A DNA stretch of 64,000 nt, from the NCBI GenBank assembly GCA_024276795.1, contig JAJRWK010000063.1, forward strand, positions 3,800 to 67,799, in the 5' to 3' direction. Each line of letters opens with the position of its first letter. The stretch's first letter is position 1. The notes beneath the pieces are model-generated. The model saw only the letters and a list, made by a program, of their open reading frames with translations. It was not told where the DNA came from and searched no databases. Below, in pieces: positions 8,468-18,327 of this stretch. The translations under genes and the position numbers were made by a program. The stretch is from an archaeon. GTDB lineage: Archaea > Asgardarchaeota > Heimdallarchaeia > Heimdallarchaeales > JAJRWK01.

Positions 8468-9574
8468 TCAAGATATGCTTGCATAGAGCTTTTCGTATTT
8501 AGGAACAATGGTATTGGGCGAGAAACACTCAAGCACCCTTTTTCGACCATTCCTCCCCAATCGTTTCCGTAATGAAACATCTTCGATTAGAGTACACAAG
8601 TATTGCTGTGCCTCTTCAAGGCTGAAGTTCTCAAAGAGTAGACCTTCTCTATTATGTCTAACCACTTCCGGAACACCTCCAACGGCAGATGCCCAGACAG
8701 GGGTTTCGCTACTCATTGCTTCGGCTGCAACTAGACCGAAGCTTTCGATCTTACTGGGCACCGCTACGATATCAGCTGCAGCGAGAATTTCATTGATGTT
8801 CCTTCTAACTCCCAAGAAACGAACTTGATCCAGAATCTCGTTTTTCTTTGCGATTGTGTAACACTTTCTTCGTAGTGGGCCGTCTCCCACCATCCAGAGT
8901 TCTGTATCAGGATACTCCTTTCCTATGGTTGCGAATACCTTAACAAGAAAGGTTGGGTTCTTGACTTCTCTGAAATTACTCGCATGTGCGATTACTGTCT
9001 TTCCTTCTTTAGCGATACCGGAACTTTTCTCGGGGCTAAATAATTCAGGATCAACAAAGTTGTGAATTGTTAAAGGTGACTCGTCCAAGCAGAATACTTC
9101 TTTTGCAAGAGCAGAAAGAAAGTTTGAGACCGATGTCAATTTGTCCACAGAAAGAAGAAGTTTAGTAAGTGGCTCATTAAGGTACCAATCTTTTCCCAGT
9201 GTGTGAACATCAGATCCGTGAAGCGTGAGTGTTTGAGGGATGGAAACAAGCTGTCTCAACAGAAAAGCAGTCAGAACGTGGTGGACTCCGTAATGGTAAT
9301 GAATCACATCGGGTTGATATTTTCGAGCAATTTTTGCCAAGGAAGAAGCAAGAAGCATGGAGTAAGGAGGCCCTACATCTCTAAAAAGAGGGTAATTTCT
9401 GAGTGGAAAGGTAACAATTTTGATTCTTTCGGTAACTCCTTGCTTGAAAAACACTGGTACTTCATATGACAAGAGTGTGATTCGGTGTCCTCTGTTTGCT
9501 AATTCCCTTGCGAGGTAAGATGCAAACAAACCCGATCCGCCCACTGTGGGAAAAGCTACCATAACGACGTGCAT
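8468..9574 (-). CDS. bshA: GT4 glycosyltransferase resembling BshA (N-acetyl-alpha-D-glucosaminyl L-malate synthase)
   Basis: The N-terminus HVVMVAFPTVGGSGLFASYLARELANRGHRITLLS aligns with Bacillus BshA ([30 protein letters not shown]). Other conserved blocks follow the BshA order: HYHYGVHH, TLHGSD, SNFREVKN (compare SNFRKVKR), VGDGP and ESFGLV. Confidence 0.6.
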   Translation of the reverse strand: MHVVMVAFPTVGGSGLFASYLARELANRGHRITLLSYEVPVFFKQGVTERIKIVTFPLRNYPLFRDVGPPYSMLLASSLAKIARKYQPDVIHYHYGVHHVLTAFLLRQLVSIPQTLTLHGSDVHTLGKDWYLNEPLTKLLLSVDKLTSVSNFLSALAKEVFCLDESPLTIHNFVDPELFSPEKSSGIAKEGKTVIAHASNFREVKNPTFLVKVFATIGKEYPDTELWMVGDGPLRRKCYTIAKKNEILDQVRFLGVRRNINEILAAADIVAVPSKIESFGLVAAEAMSSETPVWASAVGGVPEVVRHNREGLLFENFSLEEAQQYLCTLIEDVSLRKRLGRNGRKRVLECFSPNTIVPKYEKLYASIS

Positions 9575-9593
9575 TTACTTCACGAGGATAAGC

Positions 9594-9609
9594 TTTAGAT
9601 ATATCTAAA
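9594..9609. promoter_or_regulatory. 16-bp perfect palindrome TTTAGATATATCTAAA centred on a TATA box
   Basis: It sits ~20-35 nt upstream of the minus-strand bshA-like start (9574), in the divergent intergenic region shared with the LmbE-like gene. It is a likely TATA box, and possibly also an operator. Confidence 0.3.
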
Positions 9610-9732
9610 ACGATTTTGGCATTCAGTAATTCATTGAAACTAATTTTTCCTAAATTAATGAAGTCGGGAATTCTTATTATGCAATAGCGCGAAACAACGA
9701 CTTGCCAGAAAAGAAAAGAGGAAGAAAGAACC

Positions 9733-10398
9733 ATGAACACAGAAATAATGACTATTTTCGCCCATCCGGATGATGAGACTTTTTCTGTAGGTGGCTTATT
9801 AGCGATCACTGCAAAATTGGGAAAAAAGGTAATAGCAGTTTCAGTCACTACGCAACCAGAGAGACGAGTAGAATTTCAGAAAGCATGCGAGATCCTTGGG
9901 ATACAGGGCATGTCTCTTCCTTATTCCTCAGTGGAGGGTTCTAACTTTGAAGAGATTACACGTGAAGTAATAGATTTGATAATAGAACATCGACCCCGAA
10001 ATATAATCACCCATACAAGTTTTGATTATCATCGAGAGCATAGACTTGTTCACGAAATAACTCTCGAAGCAACAGAATGGGCGTCTCATGTATCACAGTT
10101 TGGCGAAAAGGCACATCAAGTAGATCACCTTTACAGTGCGGAAACAGTAGTCTTGTTCCCTATTCCGCATTTGTTGATAGACATTTCCTCGGTTATTAAA
10201 ACCAAACAACAAGCAATTGAGGTTTATCAAAGTCAGGCCCATAAAGGAGGAATAGGTTTCTATGACTCGTTCCAATTTCACAGAACCAGAATGAGAGGAG
10301 CTCTTGCAGGAGTAGACCATGCAGAAGCCCTACAAGTGATTCCAATTCCAATTGTTGGTTCATTCAAACCCAAGAAGGTCTTGGATGAATTACCTTAG
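9733..10398 (+). CDS. LmbE/PIG-L family N-acetylglucosaminyl deacetylase (BshB-like)
   Basis: The N-terminal metal-binding motif IFAHPDDETFSVGG is diagnostic for PIG-L/LmbE deacetylases. The later motif HREHRLVH supplies the second His. Confidence 0.6.
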   Translation: MNTEIMTIFAHPDDETFSVGGLLAITAKLGKKVIAVSVTTQPERRVEFQKACEILGIQGMSLPYSSVEGSNFEEITREVIDLIIEHRPRNIITHTSFDYHREHRLVHEITLEATEWASHVSQFGEKAHQVDHLYSAETVVLFPIPHLLIDISSVIKTKQQAIEVYQSQAHKGGIGFYDSFQFHRTRMRGALAGVDHAEALQVIPIPIVGSFKPKKVLDELP

Positions 10399-11121
10399 CT
10401 AGTTAGCTTTCCGATTGGTTATGCTTTTTATAAATTTCAACGCGGGTTGGATTGCAAGATGGAAATCTTCGCCATGCACGGTTTCTGAAGCAGCTTTAGC
10501 AACAGATTCATGGGATGGGTTGAAAGCGACACTGAAGTCAGCCCATTTGAATAAAGAGATGTCGTTTACTGAATCACCAATTGCAATAGTGGTTACATGA
10601 GGTCTGCCGTTCATAAAAGACATTAGATTCTTGGCGATGTCGTCCTTCTCCATCGAAACATATTGTGGGCAGGGACCGACGATCCTGCCTTCATCATCCA
10701 ATATGAAGTCGTTTGCAACGAAAGCGTCTGCTCCGATTTCTTTTGCCAGACGCTCGACCAAAGCGATTAGGCCTCCTGAGATGAGTACCACGAAGGCTCC
10801 TTCTTCTTGGAGTTTTCTGATCGCAGATTTTGCACCAGGTCTTGCCCTAATATCGGAAAGGGCTTCATGTACTTCTCTGATGTGTCTTCCTTTCCAAAGT
10901 CCTACGTCTAGCTCTGCCCATTTGCCGTAGTCAATCTTGCCTTTGAAGAATAATTCCGTGTGGACTCTACCTTCATCAACAGTATTGAAAGCTTGATGTA
11001 AGTGTTCCCAGGCACTGGGACCAGAAGTGATCGTGTTGTCAACATCTATGAAGACGACGAATTTGGCATCTCGGAATGCATCAAGAGGCTTTAAGAAGTA
11101 ATAGCCATCTTTTTGAAACAT
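10399..11121 (-). CDS. HAD-superfamily phosphatase, phosphoserine phosphatase (SerB)-like
   Basis: HAD motif I (FVVFIDVDNTIT) and motif IV (GDSVNDISLF). Size and spacing are typical of subfamily IB. Confidence 0.55.
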   Translation of the reverse strand: MFQKDGYYFLKPLDAFRDAKFVVFIDVDNTITSGPSAWEHLHQAFNTVDEGRVHTELFFKGKIDYGKWAELDVGLWKGRHIREVHEALSDIRARPGAKSAIRKLQEEGAFVVLISGGLIALVERLAKEIGADAFVANDFILDDEGRIVGPCPQYVSMEKDDIAKNLMSFMNGRPHVTTIAIGDSVNDISLFKWADFSVAFNPSHESVAKAASETVHGEDFHLAIQPALKFIKSITNRKAN

Positions 11122-11130
11122 TGAGAGACT

Positions 11131-12759
11131 TCACCTTTGACGGAATTTCTCCGTTAAGAAAGAATTGACCTTGTTCTTTGCTTTCTTTGAGACTTTGATT
11201 TTTCCGTAAAGCGTGGTAAGTCCTGCGAACAACATTGCTTGGTCTTCGGGAGTACCTTCCATGATGTTTGTGCCTTGGTTTAGGATTATTTCTCGAAGGT
11301 CGTTATGCGACAGAAGCATTTCTGTGAATTGTTTGTTGAAGAGTAGCTCCAAATTCTCAACAATCGGGTTGAAACCTACTGATCCTCCGGCTGCGACAAT
11401 TCGCATTCCTTTGATTTTTTCCAAGTTATCAGGCAGATCAAATGGAGGCAGAACAGCCACTCTCCTTCCTCCGCCTTTTTTAATGACTGCTGCATAGAAG
11501 GGGATGTAAAGAGTATGTGTTGATCCACTGGCATTGGGGATCGCGTCTGCGGGTATTAAAAGTCGTTCAACATCGCTTTCTGGCAACTTCAATTGATCTA
11601 TGATTGCGTTAGCTTCAGTTTGGAATTGCTCTAACTTCTGATCAAGAGCAACGATGTAATTCTCAATTTCGAGCTCTTTTTGTCTGAGTTCTTCTTTGAA
11701 TGGTTCTAATTCGGCTTTCTTTTGATCGATGAGTGCTTGATAGTGTTCACGTTTTGATCTCTCGTCTACTCGTAAGGTGTCTTTGTTCTGCTCAGTTTTT
11801 TGCATCTCGTAACGGATCTGGTGCAGAGTAGAGTTCACAGTGGTTCGGAAGATATCTGTAACTTCTGCCAGAGAATTAAACTCTCGTTCTAATGCTATAA
11901 AGTCTTTATCAGGATCGCTAACTTTCTTTGCTAATTCAAGAGCCTTCTTGAGTTGACTGGAGACTTCTTGGAGATCACGGTTGAGGTTAGGCGCGAATCG
12001 GGCATAAATGTCTTTTAGAGATTGCTTGTTTTCCTTGTCGATTTGATCTTTGAGATCTTTGAGCTCTTTCTCTAATTGGGTCATATATTGTCTTTCTTGG
12101 TCAGCAATCTCTTTTTCTTTGTCTTTTATTTGCTTCTGATTTTCTTGCTTAAGCTTTTGTAACGCCTGCTGAGCGTCTTTTTTCTCTCTAGAAAATTCGT
12201 CAAGGACAACTTGCACGATCGCCTGAACTCCTTCTTTGAACCGTTGATGATTTTCGACTCCCTTCTTGATCTGAGCGGCCGCTTTTTCGATGTCAGACTT
12301 CTCAATAACTGTTGGGAGGGTGACCGCATCTGAGGAGTTTTCCAGATAGCCCAATGCGCTTCTGATTGCCCTTACTTCAGGAGGACTCAAGACTCCTTGA
12401 ATCTCAATCGGGGCAGATACGGGTTGACGTATTTTTTTCAAGATATTATCAACTTGTTGCAGAGAATCGTCTCCACCAAGCATGGTCTTGATTTCTTCTC
12501 TGCTTGGTAGCTGGGTACTCATAAATGCTGCTCTGGAAATTCCGAATCCATGAAATGGAGAGTAAGCTTCCGGGGAAATTTTTTGTAGAACAACCGGAAA
12601 TGCTAACTTCACGAGTCTTTCGAGCTCTGCATCTCCCCTGAATCCTCCTTTCTTGACTTCGTCCGCGAAGAAGAGAATCGCAGCAGTTCGCTCGATTCTG
12701 GGGAGGTCATCGAAAGGAACTTGAGTTTTCATTTGTTTGATAAATGATCTGTTCGCCAT
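11131..12759 (-). CDS. Large coiled-coil protein (hypothetical), co-oriented with the MacB-like ABC transporter
   Basis: 542 aa. The central ~250 aa are heptad-rich (QKLKQENQKQIKDKEKEIADQERQYMTQLEKELKDLKDQI). The N- and C-terminal globular parts carry no recognisable motifs. Confidence 0.35.
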   Translation of the reverse strand: MANRSFIKQMKTQVPFDDLPRIERTAAILFFADEVKKGGFRGDAELERLVKLAFPVVLQKISPEAYSPFHGFGISRAAFMSTQLPSREEIKTMLGGDDSLQQVDNILKKIRQPVSAPIEIQGVLSPPEVRAIRSALGYLENSSDAVTLPTVIEKSDIEKAAAQIKKGVENHQRFKEGVQAIVQVVLDEFSREKKDAQQALQKLKQENQKQIKDKEKEIADQERQYMTQLEKELKDLKDQIDKENKQSLKDIYARFAPNLNRDLQEVSSQLKKALELAKKVSDPDKDFIALEREFNSLAEVTDIFRTTVNSTLHQIRYEMQKTEQNKDTLRVDERSKREHYQALIDQKKAELEPFKEELRQKELEIENYIVALDQKLEQFQTEANAIIDQLKLPESDVERLLIPADAIPNASGSTHTLYIPFYAAVIKKGGGRRVAVLPPFDLPDNLEKIKGMRIVAAGGSVGFNPIVENLELLFNKQFTEMLLSHNDLREIILNQGTNIMEGTPEDQAMLFAGLTTLYGKIKVSKKAKNKVNSFLTEKFRQR

Positions 12760-12788
12760 AATTAATTCCTCTATATTATGTTTGAGCG

Positions 12789-13463
12789 TTATACAATGAT
12801 CTCTCCATCTAGGAAGCGAACGACTCTATCTGCGTAGCGTCTCAGTGACTCATCATGTGTTGCAACAACAGTGCCTGTTCCTCCTCTGGTTAATTTCTTT
12901 AGCATTCTCATTATTATGTCACCAGTCTCTGAATCGAGGTTTCCAGTAGGTTCGTCAGCTAAGAGCAAGTTAGGCTCAGTAATGAGGGCACGGGCGATCC
13001 CTACTCTCTGCTGTTCTCCCCCGGAGAGCTGTGTGGGAAAGTGTCGCTCTCTTTCATAAAGATCGACTTGTCTAAGAAGCCTCATTGCCCGAGCCCTTAT
13101 TTCGTCAGTGGGCAGTTTAGTGGGATAAAGAGGGACTTCGATGTTTTCGATTGCAGTTAGGTTGTTGATGAGTTCCCATGACTGGAAGATATAACCGACA
13201 TGTAGTCTCCTATACTCAGTTGTTCGCTTTTCGTCCCATTTTGTAATGTCTTCACCTTGAAAGACGATCTCTCCTTCCGTGGGAGTGTCAAGACCCCCCA
13301 GCAAGTGCAACATAGTAGATTTTCCACTTCCAAATGGGCCCATGATCATGACAAGCTCATTAGGCATTACTTGAAGGTTTACATTTCTCAAAGCATAGAC
13401 GGTTTCTGAGCCTCGCTTATAGATTTTCGTAATATTTTTGGCTTCGATTAGTGGTTCAACCAT
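12789..13463 (-). CDS. ABC transporter ATP-binding protein (MacB/LolD/FtsE-like)
   Basis: Walker A (GPFGSGKST), ABC signature (LSGGEQQRV) and Walker B (LLLADEPT). Confidence 0.75.
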   Translation of the reverse strand: MVEPLIEAKNITKIYKRGSETVYALRNVNLQVMPNELVMIMGPFGSGKSTMLHLLGGLDTPTEGEIVFQGEDITKWDEKRTTEYRRLHVGYIFQSWELINNLTAIENIEVPLYPTKLPTDEIRARAMRLLRQVDLYERERHFPTQLSGGEQQRVGIARALITEPNLLLADEPTGNLDSETGDIIMRMLKKLTRGGTGTVVATHDESLRRYADRVVRFLDGEIIV

Positions 13464-13467
13464 TTTT

Positions 13468-14661
13468 TCACCCCGTGTCCCTCAATACATCTAATGGCCT
13501 CACTTTGACGAGTGAATAGCTTGAAATTAGCACAGATGGAAGGTCGAAAAGCACGACTATTGAGAAGCTTAACAAGATTACGTCGAAGGAAAGGATTGAG
13601 GATATTAAAGACGCTGCTTGATAGACCAAATAGCTTTGGATTGCGAAAACACCAATTAGATAGCCAACAAATGAAATCGAGAGAATTTCAGCTAATAGGG
13701 AGAGCCGAATATTCCAACTATCGTAACCAACAGTTTTCAGTACTGCGATTTCGGTTTTCCTGAACCGGCTTAGGAGGATGCCATAAAGCAACGAGAGTAA
13801 AATGCCCGCCAGAATGCCAAAACTGAAGTTCAGAAGATCGCTATTTCTTTCCTCGATACGGGTGTCAATATTTTGCTCGATGCCATTCGGGACTGTGAGA
13901 AATGATGGAGAGAGACCGAGGTCAAAGTAATCATTCTTGAGCTGCTCAACCAAGAACCGCTTGTTATTATATGGTTCTTCAGAAAGTAGCAGATTTCCTT
14001 TGGCCAGCACTGTGATTTCATATATGTAGGTTGTTGGCTGGAGTGCTACAAGCATTGCGTCAAATGAAGCACTGTCGACAAAGATCCAAGCCTTATTTTC
14101 GGGATCGTTATAGACATCTTTGGTTATTTCGCCAACGATTTTGACCACTACTGAAGAACTGTTTCCCTGAAGGGTTAGCTTATCTCCCGGTGAGGGATCG
14201 ATTGTTGCGTTTCCGAGTAGAGTCGATTCCAAGTTTAAAGTACTTCCGGTTAGTACGAGTGCTTCGCCACTACCGGAAACGAATCGACCAGTTGCAATGC
14301 TTCTAGGTGTTATTAGTGTGAAAGCCCATGGGTTTTTCTCATCTAGCTCAAAGATTCGAATGGAAGCTCCAAAATCGAAATAGCGATGAACAATTACGGA
14401 CTCTGTTTGTTCATAGCCATTGGCACGTGCAATGAATTCCTGCACTGTATCGTTTGTTTGATCAACAGTGTTATACGCGATTTGATTTGTAATAATTCCT
14501 TTATTCCTTAACAAGTCTGTTCGATAGTATTCTGTAAATGTGTTTGAGAAGAAGATGACATATGCTGACAGGATTGTGAACAAGGCGATGAAGGCGATTG
14601 TTCGTTTCCTATTTCTAAATGTAAATCTTGCAGCCTTGAGAAAAACCCGTAAGTTTCCCAT
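13468..14661 (-). CDS. FtsX/MacB-like ABC transporter permease
   Basis: An N-terminal TM helix, a large extracytoplasmic domain and a C-terminal bundle of 3 TM helices. It lies immediately upstream of the ABC ATPase. Confidence 0.55.
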   Translation of the reverse strand: MGNLRVFLKAARFTFRNRKRTIAFIALFTILSAYVIFFSNTFTEYYRTDLLRNKGIITNQIAYNTVDQTNDTVQEFIARANGYEQTESVIVHRYFDFGASIRIFELDEKNPWAFTLITPRSIATGRFVSGSGEALVLTGSTLNLESTLLGNATIDPSPGDKLTLQGNSSSVVVKIVGEITKDVYNDPENKAWIFVDSASFDAMLVALQPTTYIYEITVLAKGNLLLSEEPYNNKRFLVEQLKNDYFDLGLSPSFLTVPNGIEQNIDTRIEERNSDLLNFSFGILAGILLSLLYGILLSRFRKTEIAVLKTVGYDSWNIRLSLLAEILSISFVGYLIGVFAIQSYLVYQAASLISSILSFDVILLSFSIVVLFDLPSVLISSYSLVKVRPLDVLRDTG

Positions 14662-14750
14662 TCTTTATCATTTTATGAGGATTTTCCATTGGTAAAAAAT
14701 TCTTCGGAATAATTCCTCTTTTTGAATGAAATATCGAAGAAAATCAGAAG

Positions 14751-15974
14751 TTATCGAATATTTGGGTTTCGTTTAAGCAAACCTTCAATACGGTCTCGCA
14801 TGATTTTCGCAGGAATATCATAAAGCGTAATTTTGGCTCTCCTACCTCGCCCTTGGTCAAGATTCTTGACTGCCATGCTAATAATACCCACTTTTTCAAG
14901 AGTTGATAAGTATTGTCGAAAAGTTGCCATACTGGCTGGTTTTTCTTGTAACCGAGCGACTTGATTCATTTCTTCAACGACGAGTTGATATTCTTGATAG
15001 GCGTCCTTGATAGTAGTTTCAATAGTGTCTGGCCGGGAAAGTATTCGTGCAATAGCCAGAGACGCGTACAATTCATGAGAACGCAGATCGTAAAAGACAT
15101 CAGGGCGTAGCTCGGGATAAACTCTGTTTTTAGCTTCTCGAATGAAGTCTGCTTTGATCTCTCGGTCTCCCGTTTCATCCGCAATTCTTCCAGCGCGAAG
15201 CATTATTTCGATCCCATGTCTTGCATTTCTTGTACTAGCAGAAATCTCTGCAACCATTTCAAGAATTTGGTCTGAAATTACGCCTTCCCAGAAAGCTAGT
15301 TTTGCTCGATATTTGAAAATATCAAATAATTCGTCCTTGTTGTATCCGTCTATGTCTATTTGATCCAGAATATGACCGCTTAGAGGGGCGTTGAGTAGCG
15401 CTCTCCATTCAGCAGTCCTTGAAATAATCACAGTGCTAATTCTAGATTGGCCAGATCCAAACACTTCATTCGCGTGTATGATGCTCAAAATATCTTCCGC
15501 TCTAAGCATGTTAGCCTCATCAATACCGATGACGAGGCGTAAATCCTCTTTTTCACAACGTTTGACAATCATTTCGAGAATCTCTTCTTCCCCAAAGCCA
15601 CGGCTCTGCACTCCGAATTTTTCAGTCAGGACATGTCTCAAAATACTAGCTTTGGTCCTCATAGAATGACAGTTGTAGTAAACAAAATCAAGTTTGACAT
15701 TTCTGTCTCTGCCTACTTCGACTAGATCCTCCATTGTTCTCTTTACAAGCGCGGTTTTCCCAACTCCTGGATCACCAATCACTGCCACATGGACACTTCG
15801 AGGTCGGTCACGCTTCAAGATTGAACGAAAATTCTTGGCAAGTCTCATCATTTCTCTTTCACGGTGGGGAAGCTCCCCGGGAACGAAATCCGGGAACAAC
15901 GTGGATTCATCTTTGAAAACGTCAGAATCACTAACTGCTTGCTCAACTAGTCTTTTTCTCACTTGAATTCCCAT
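14751..15974 (-). CDS. cdc6: Orc1/Cdc6 replication initiator
   Basis: AAA+ Walker A (IGDPGVGKT), Walker B (VIGIDEAN) and a C-terminal winged-helix domain. The ~400-aa length is typical of archaeal Orc1/Cdc6. Confidence 0.8.
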   Translation of the reverse strand: MGIQVRKRLVEQAVSDSDVFKDESTLFPDFVPGELPHREREMMRLAKNFRSILKRDRPRSVHVAVIGDPGVGKTALVKRTMEDLVEVGRDRNVKLDFVYYNCHSMRTKASILRHVLTEKFGVQSRGFGEEEILEMIVKRCEKEDLRLVIGIDEANMLRAEDILSIIHANEVFGSGQSRISTVIISRTAEWRALLNAPLSGHILDQIDIDGYNKDELFDIFKYRAKLAFWEGVISDQILEMVAEISASTRNARHGIEIMLRAGRIADETGDREIKADFIREAKNRVYPELRPDVFYDLRSHELYASLAIARILSRPDTIETTIKDAYQEYQLVVEEMNQVARLQEKPASMATFRQYLSTLEKVGIISMAVKNLDQGRGRRAKITLYDIPAKIMRDRIEGLLKRNPNIR

Positions 15975-16010
15975 TGAATTATTGGCTTTCTAGCTTTAGA
16001 TAGTTTCGCT

Positions 16011-17513
16011 TTAAGATTGTGAACCAAGTATCATGTTTTTTCTAAACGCTCTCATCCAAGGTCTTAATCCAGTTATCAGTTCTTCTAAAGTGTGAAGGAA
16101 AGAAATATTCGAGAGAATGCTTATGTCCAGTTGGTCGAATGATGGGATCATTTGAATTCTTTTTATTTGTGCATCCACTGATCTGGACCAACGAATATAG
16201 CCTTCATTGACCATCTGTTTCAAAACATCTAAAAGCTTCTTTCTAGGTTTCTTTATCCATGATTCTAACTCGAAATCATTGATTCTTGGTCCGTATCTTG
16301 AGGAAGACTTGAGAATACCGATGAATTTCTTGAAGCTCTGGTTGGAATAAGCATCTATCCTTTTTTCGAGAATCAAAGGAGAGTTCGTTTCTGAAAGGGA
16401 ATACACGACGAAGAGAAATAGATTGGGATCAATTTCGGTTGGTCTTACTTCAATTATGGGAAATCCGAGACGGGTTAAGTATTCCTTCGTTTTTCTAGCA
16501 TTCTTCCAAAGTTGAGACCAGATTCTGTCTTCAGGCAGAAGACCGGTTTCAATCTGAATAAACTTGAGAAATTGCAAGTCGCTTTCTCGGTGGGCAGATA
16601 GTGGAAGAGGTTGTGGAGATTTGAAGAAAGAGGAAGAAGGAAAGTGCAGGAAAGATTCACATGCAAGTTTGATGTTTGACAGGGTGCTAGGGGAAACCAC
16701 GCTTGCAACGTTTCTATTCGGATCTGTTGGATCAGGGAAGTAGAATGATGCTTTGCCCCATTTGCTAAGCGCTTCTTCTGCTGTCAGCCTCGGGCTATCC
16801 AAGTGAAATATTGCCCCTGGAGTTATGGTGGCAAACTTTCTTATCGCATTAATTGCAGATCTGGAGTAGATGACAACCAGCTCTGTGAGATAACCACTGA
16901 ATCCCTGGGTCTTTATCTCTGACCCATAGCTTCCAATGCTTTTCAAGAATTTCTTGAAAACCCGAATTTCACGTTCTAGACCGGGCTGTTGTCCGATTTT
17001 CTCAATGATATATTCTGTGTGCAGTGGAGTTCTATCTACGGGAGTTAGGACTCCAAATGTCTCGGTAGGAATTGATCTGACATCAACAGCAGGAACAACG
17101 TCTATCGAGATATCTTTGTTAAAAAGATATACGTAGGGATGGGTAGAATGTTTTCTTAGAGTTCTAAGGCTCAGTCCGCGCTCAGAGAATTCAGAAGGAA
17201 GGCACTTGGTTAATTCGTCAACCAAAGCACGAAAGTTGTTTCTCTCCTCTGATGGAAAAAGGATGAAAATGTCTATGTCGTAATCGCCTCGCAACCATGT
17301 GCCCTTAGCTAATGAACCCACCAGTTGAATGTTAGAATAGGAAATAGAGAGTTTTTCGCAACAGTTCTTCACACATTTCACTGCCAAATCTGCAACTGCC
17401 TTGGCTTGCTCTGATTCCTTAGCTGTGGGAGACAACAACGCCATAGCTTCGCTGATGATTCTGAGTTGGGCAGTACTGTCTGAAGTCATATCGCTGGATC
17501 GAGAGTTAGACAT
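16011..17513 (-). CDS. cca: tRNA CCA-adding enzyme, archaeal class I nucleotidyltransferase
   Basis: Polymerase-beta-type motif LVGSLAKGTWLRGDYDIDIFILF. The ~450-500 aa length matches archaeal CCA enzymes. Confidence 0.7.
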   Translation of the reverse strand: MSNSRSSDMTSDSTAQLRIISEAMALLSPTAKESEQAKAVADLAVKCVKNCCEKLSISYSNIQLVGSLAKGTWLRGDYDIDIFILFPSEERNNFRALVDELTKCLPSEFSERGLSLRTLRKHSTHPYVYLFNKDISIDVVPAVDVRSIPTETFGVLTPVDRTPLHTEYIIEKIGQQPGLEREIRVFKKFLKSIGSYGSEIKTQGFSGYLTELVVIYSRSAINAIRKFATITPGAIFHLDSPRLTAEEALSKWGKASFYFPDPTDPNRNVASVVSPSTLSNIKLACESFLHFPSSSFFKSPQPLPLSAHRESDLQFLKFIQIETGLLPEDRIWSQLWKNARKTKEYLTRLGFPIIEVRPTEIDPNLFLFVVYSLSETNSPLILEKRIDAYSNQSFKKFIGILKSSSRYGPRINDFELESWIKKPRKKLLDVLKQMVNEGYIRWSRSVDAQIKRIQMIPSFDQLDISILSNISFLHTLEELITGLRPWMRAFRKNMILGSQS

Positions 17514-17706
17514 AGATATTCACAAGCTCGGAGCAGTCAAGCCTAACTCTGAAACAAGGTTTTAAAGTCCTCGCTCCATAATTTCCAGTCAAACTAGCTT
17601 CTCGGAGAAACAGAGCCAAGAACACATGCTGGTTCTGAATAGTTCTCCAATGAATTTTGAGAAATACATATCAACATTGAATTGGTTGGTTTTATGAGGT
17701 AGGGCT

Positions 17707-18267
17707 ATGCGTCTCTTTGTCGCGATTTTCATTACCGAGGAGGAAATCAAAGACAGAATCATTTCGCTACAAAACAAAGTAAATTCTCTTTCGGGAAAGT
17801 TGAAGCTAGTAGAACCAAACAACCTTCATTATACTCTTCTTTTCTTGGGAGAGGTTCCTAAAGCTAAAATTGACATTCTTAAAAGAGAATTAGAGCATGT
17901 GAAACATGTTTCTCCCTTTGATCTCGAGCTGAAGGGCATAGGAGTATTTCCCAATCTAGGGAGACCGAGAGTATTCTGGGTCTCATCAGGAAAAGGATCT
18001 GAGGAACTTATTAAATTAGCCAAGGAAGTAAGAAATGTCTTGAAACCTCTCGGTCATAAGGATTCCAAAAGTTTTAAGCCCCATTTGACAATTGCACGAA
18101 TCAAGTGGTTGGAACCGAAATCGGGAGAAACAATTAGATCACTAATACAATCGTATGAAGAGACAAGCTTCGGAAGCCAGCTTGTTAGTCAATTTTCTTT
18201 AGTCAGTTCGACGCTTACTCCTCAAGGGCCCGTATATCAATCTATTAAGGATTATTCACTACAGTAA
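17707..18267 (+). CDS. thpR: RNA 2',3'-cyclic phosphodiesterase (ThpR/LigT, 2H family)
   Basis: Two H-x-T/S-x motifs (LHYTLLFLG and PHLTIARI) in a ~185-aa protein. Confidence 0.7.
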   Translation: MRLFVAIFITEEEIKDRIISLQNKVNSLSGKLKLVEPNNLHYTLLFLGEVPKAKIDILKRELEHVKHVSPFDLELKGIGVFPNLGRPRVFWVSSGKGSEELIKLAKEVRNVLKPLGHKDSKSFKPHLTIARIKWLEPKSGETIRSLIQSYEETSFGSQLVSQFSLVSSTLTPQGPVYQSIKDYSLQ

Positions 18268-18327
18268 AGACTAATTCGAAAACCGTGAATGTAGTAAATG
18301 TTGAACTCGACTAGATCAATCAGCTCA

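Noticed and set aside
14651-14750. Possible replication origin or mini-ORB next to orc1/cdc6 (gtttcccattc / ttttccattggtaaa within an AT-rich 89-bp spacer)
   Set aside because: Only weak, single-copy similarity to ORB (TCCA-N-TGGA). There is no pair of inverted ORBs flanking a DUE. The spacer is downstream of orc1, and the gene's upstream side is only 36 bp from cca. This is most likely not an origin.
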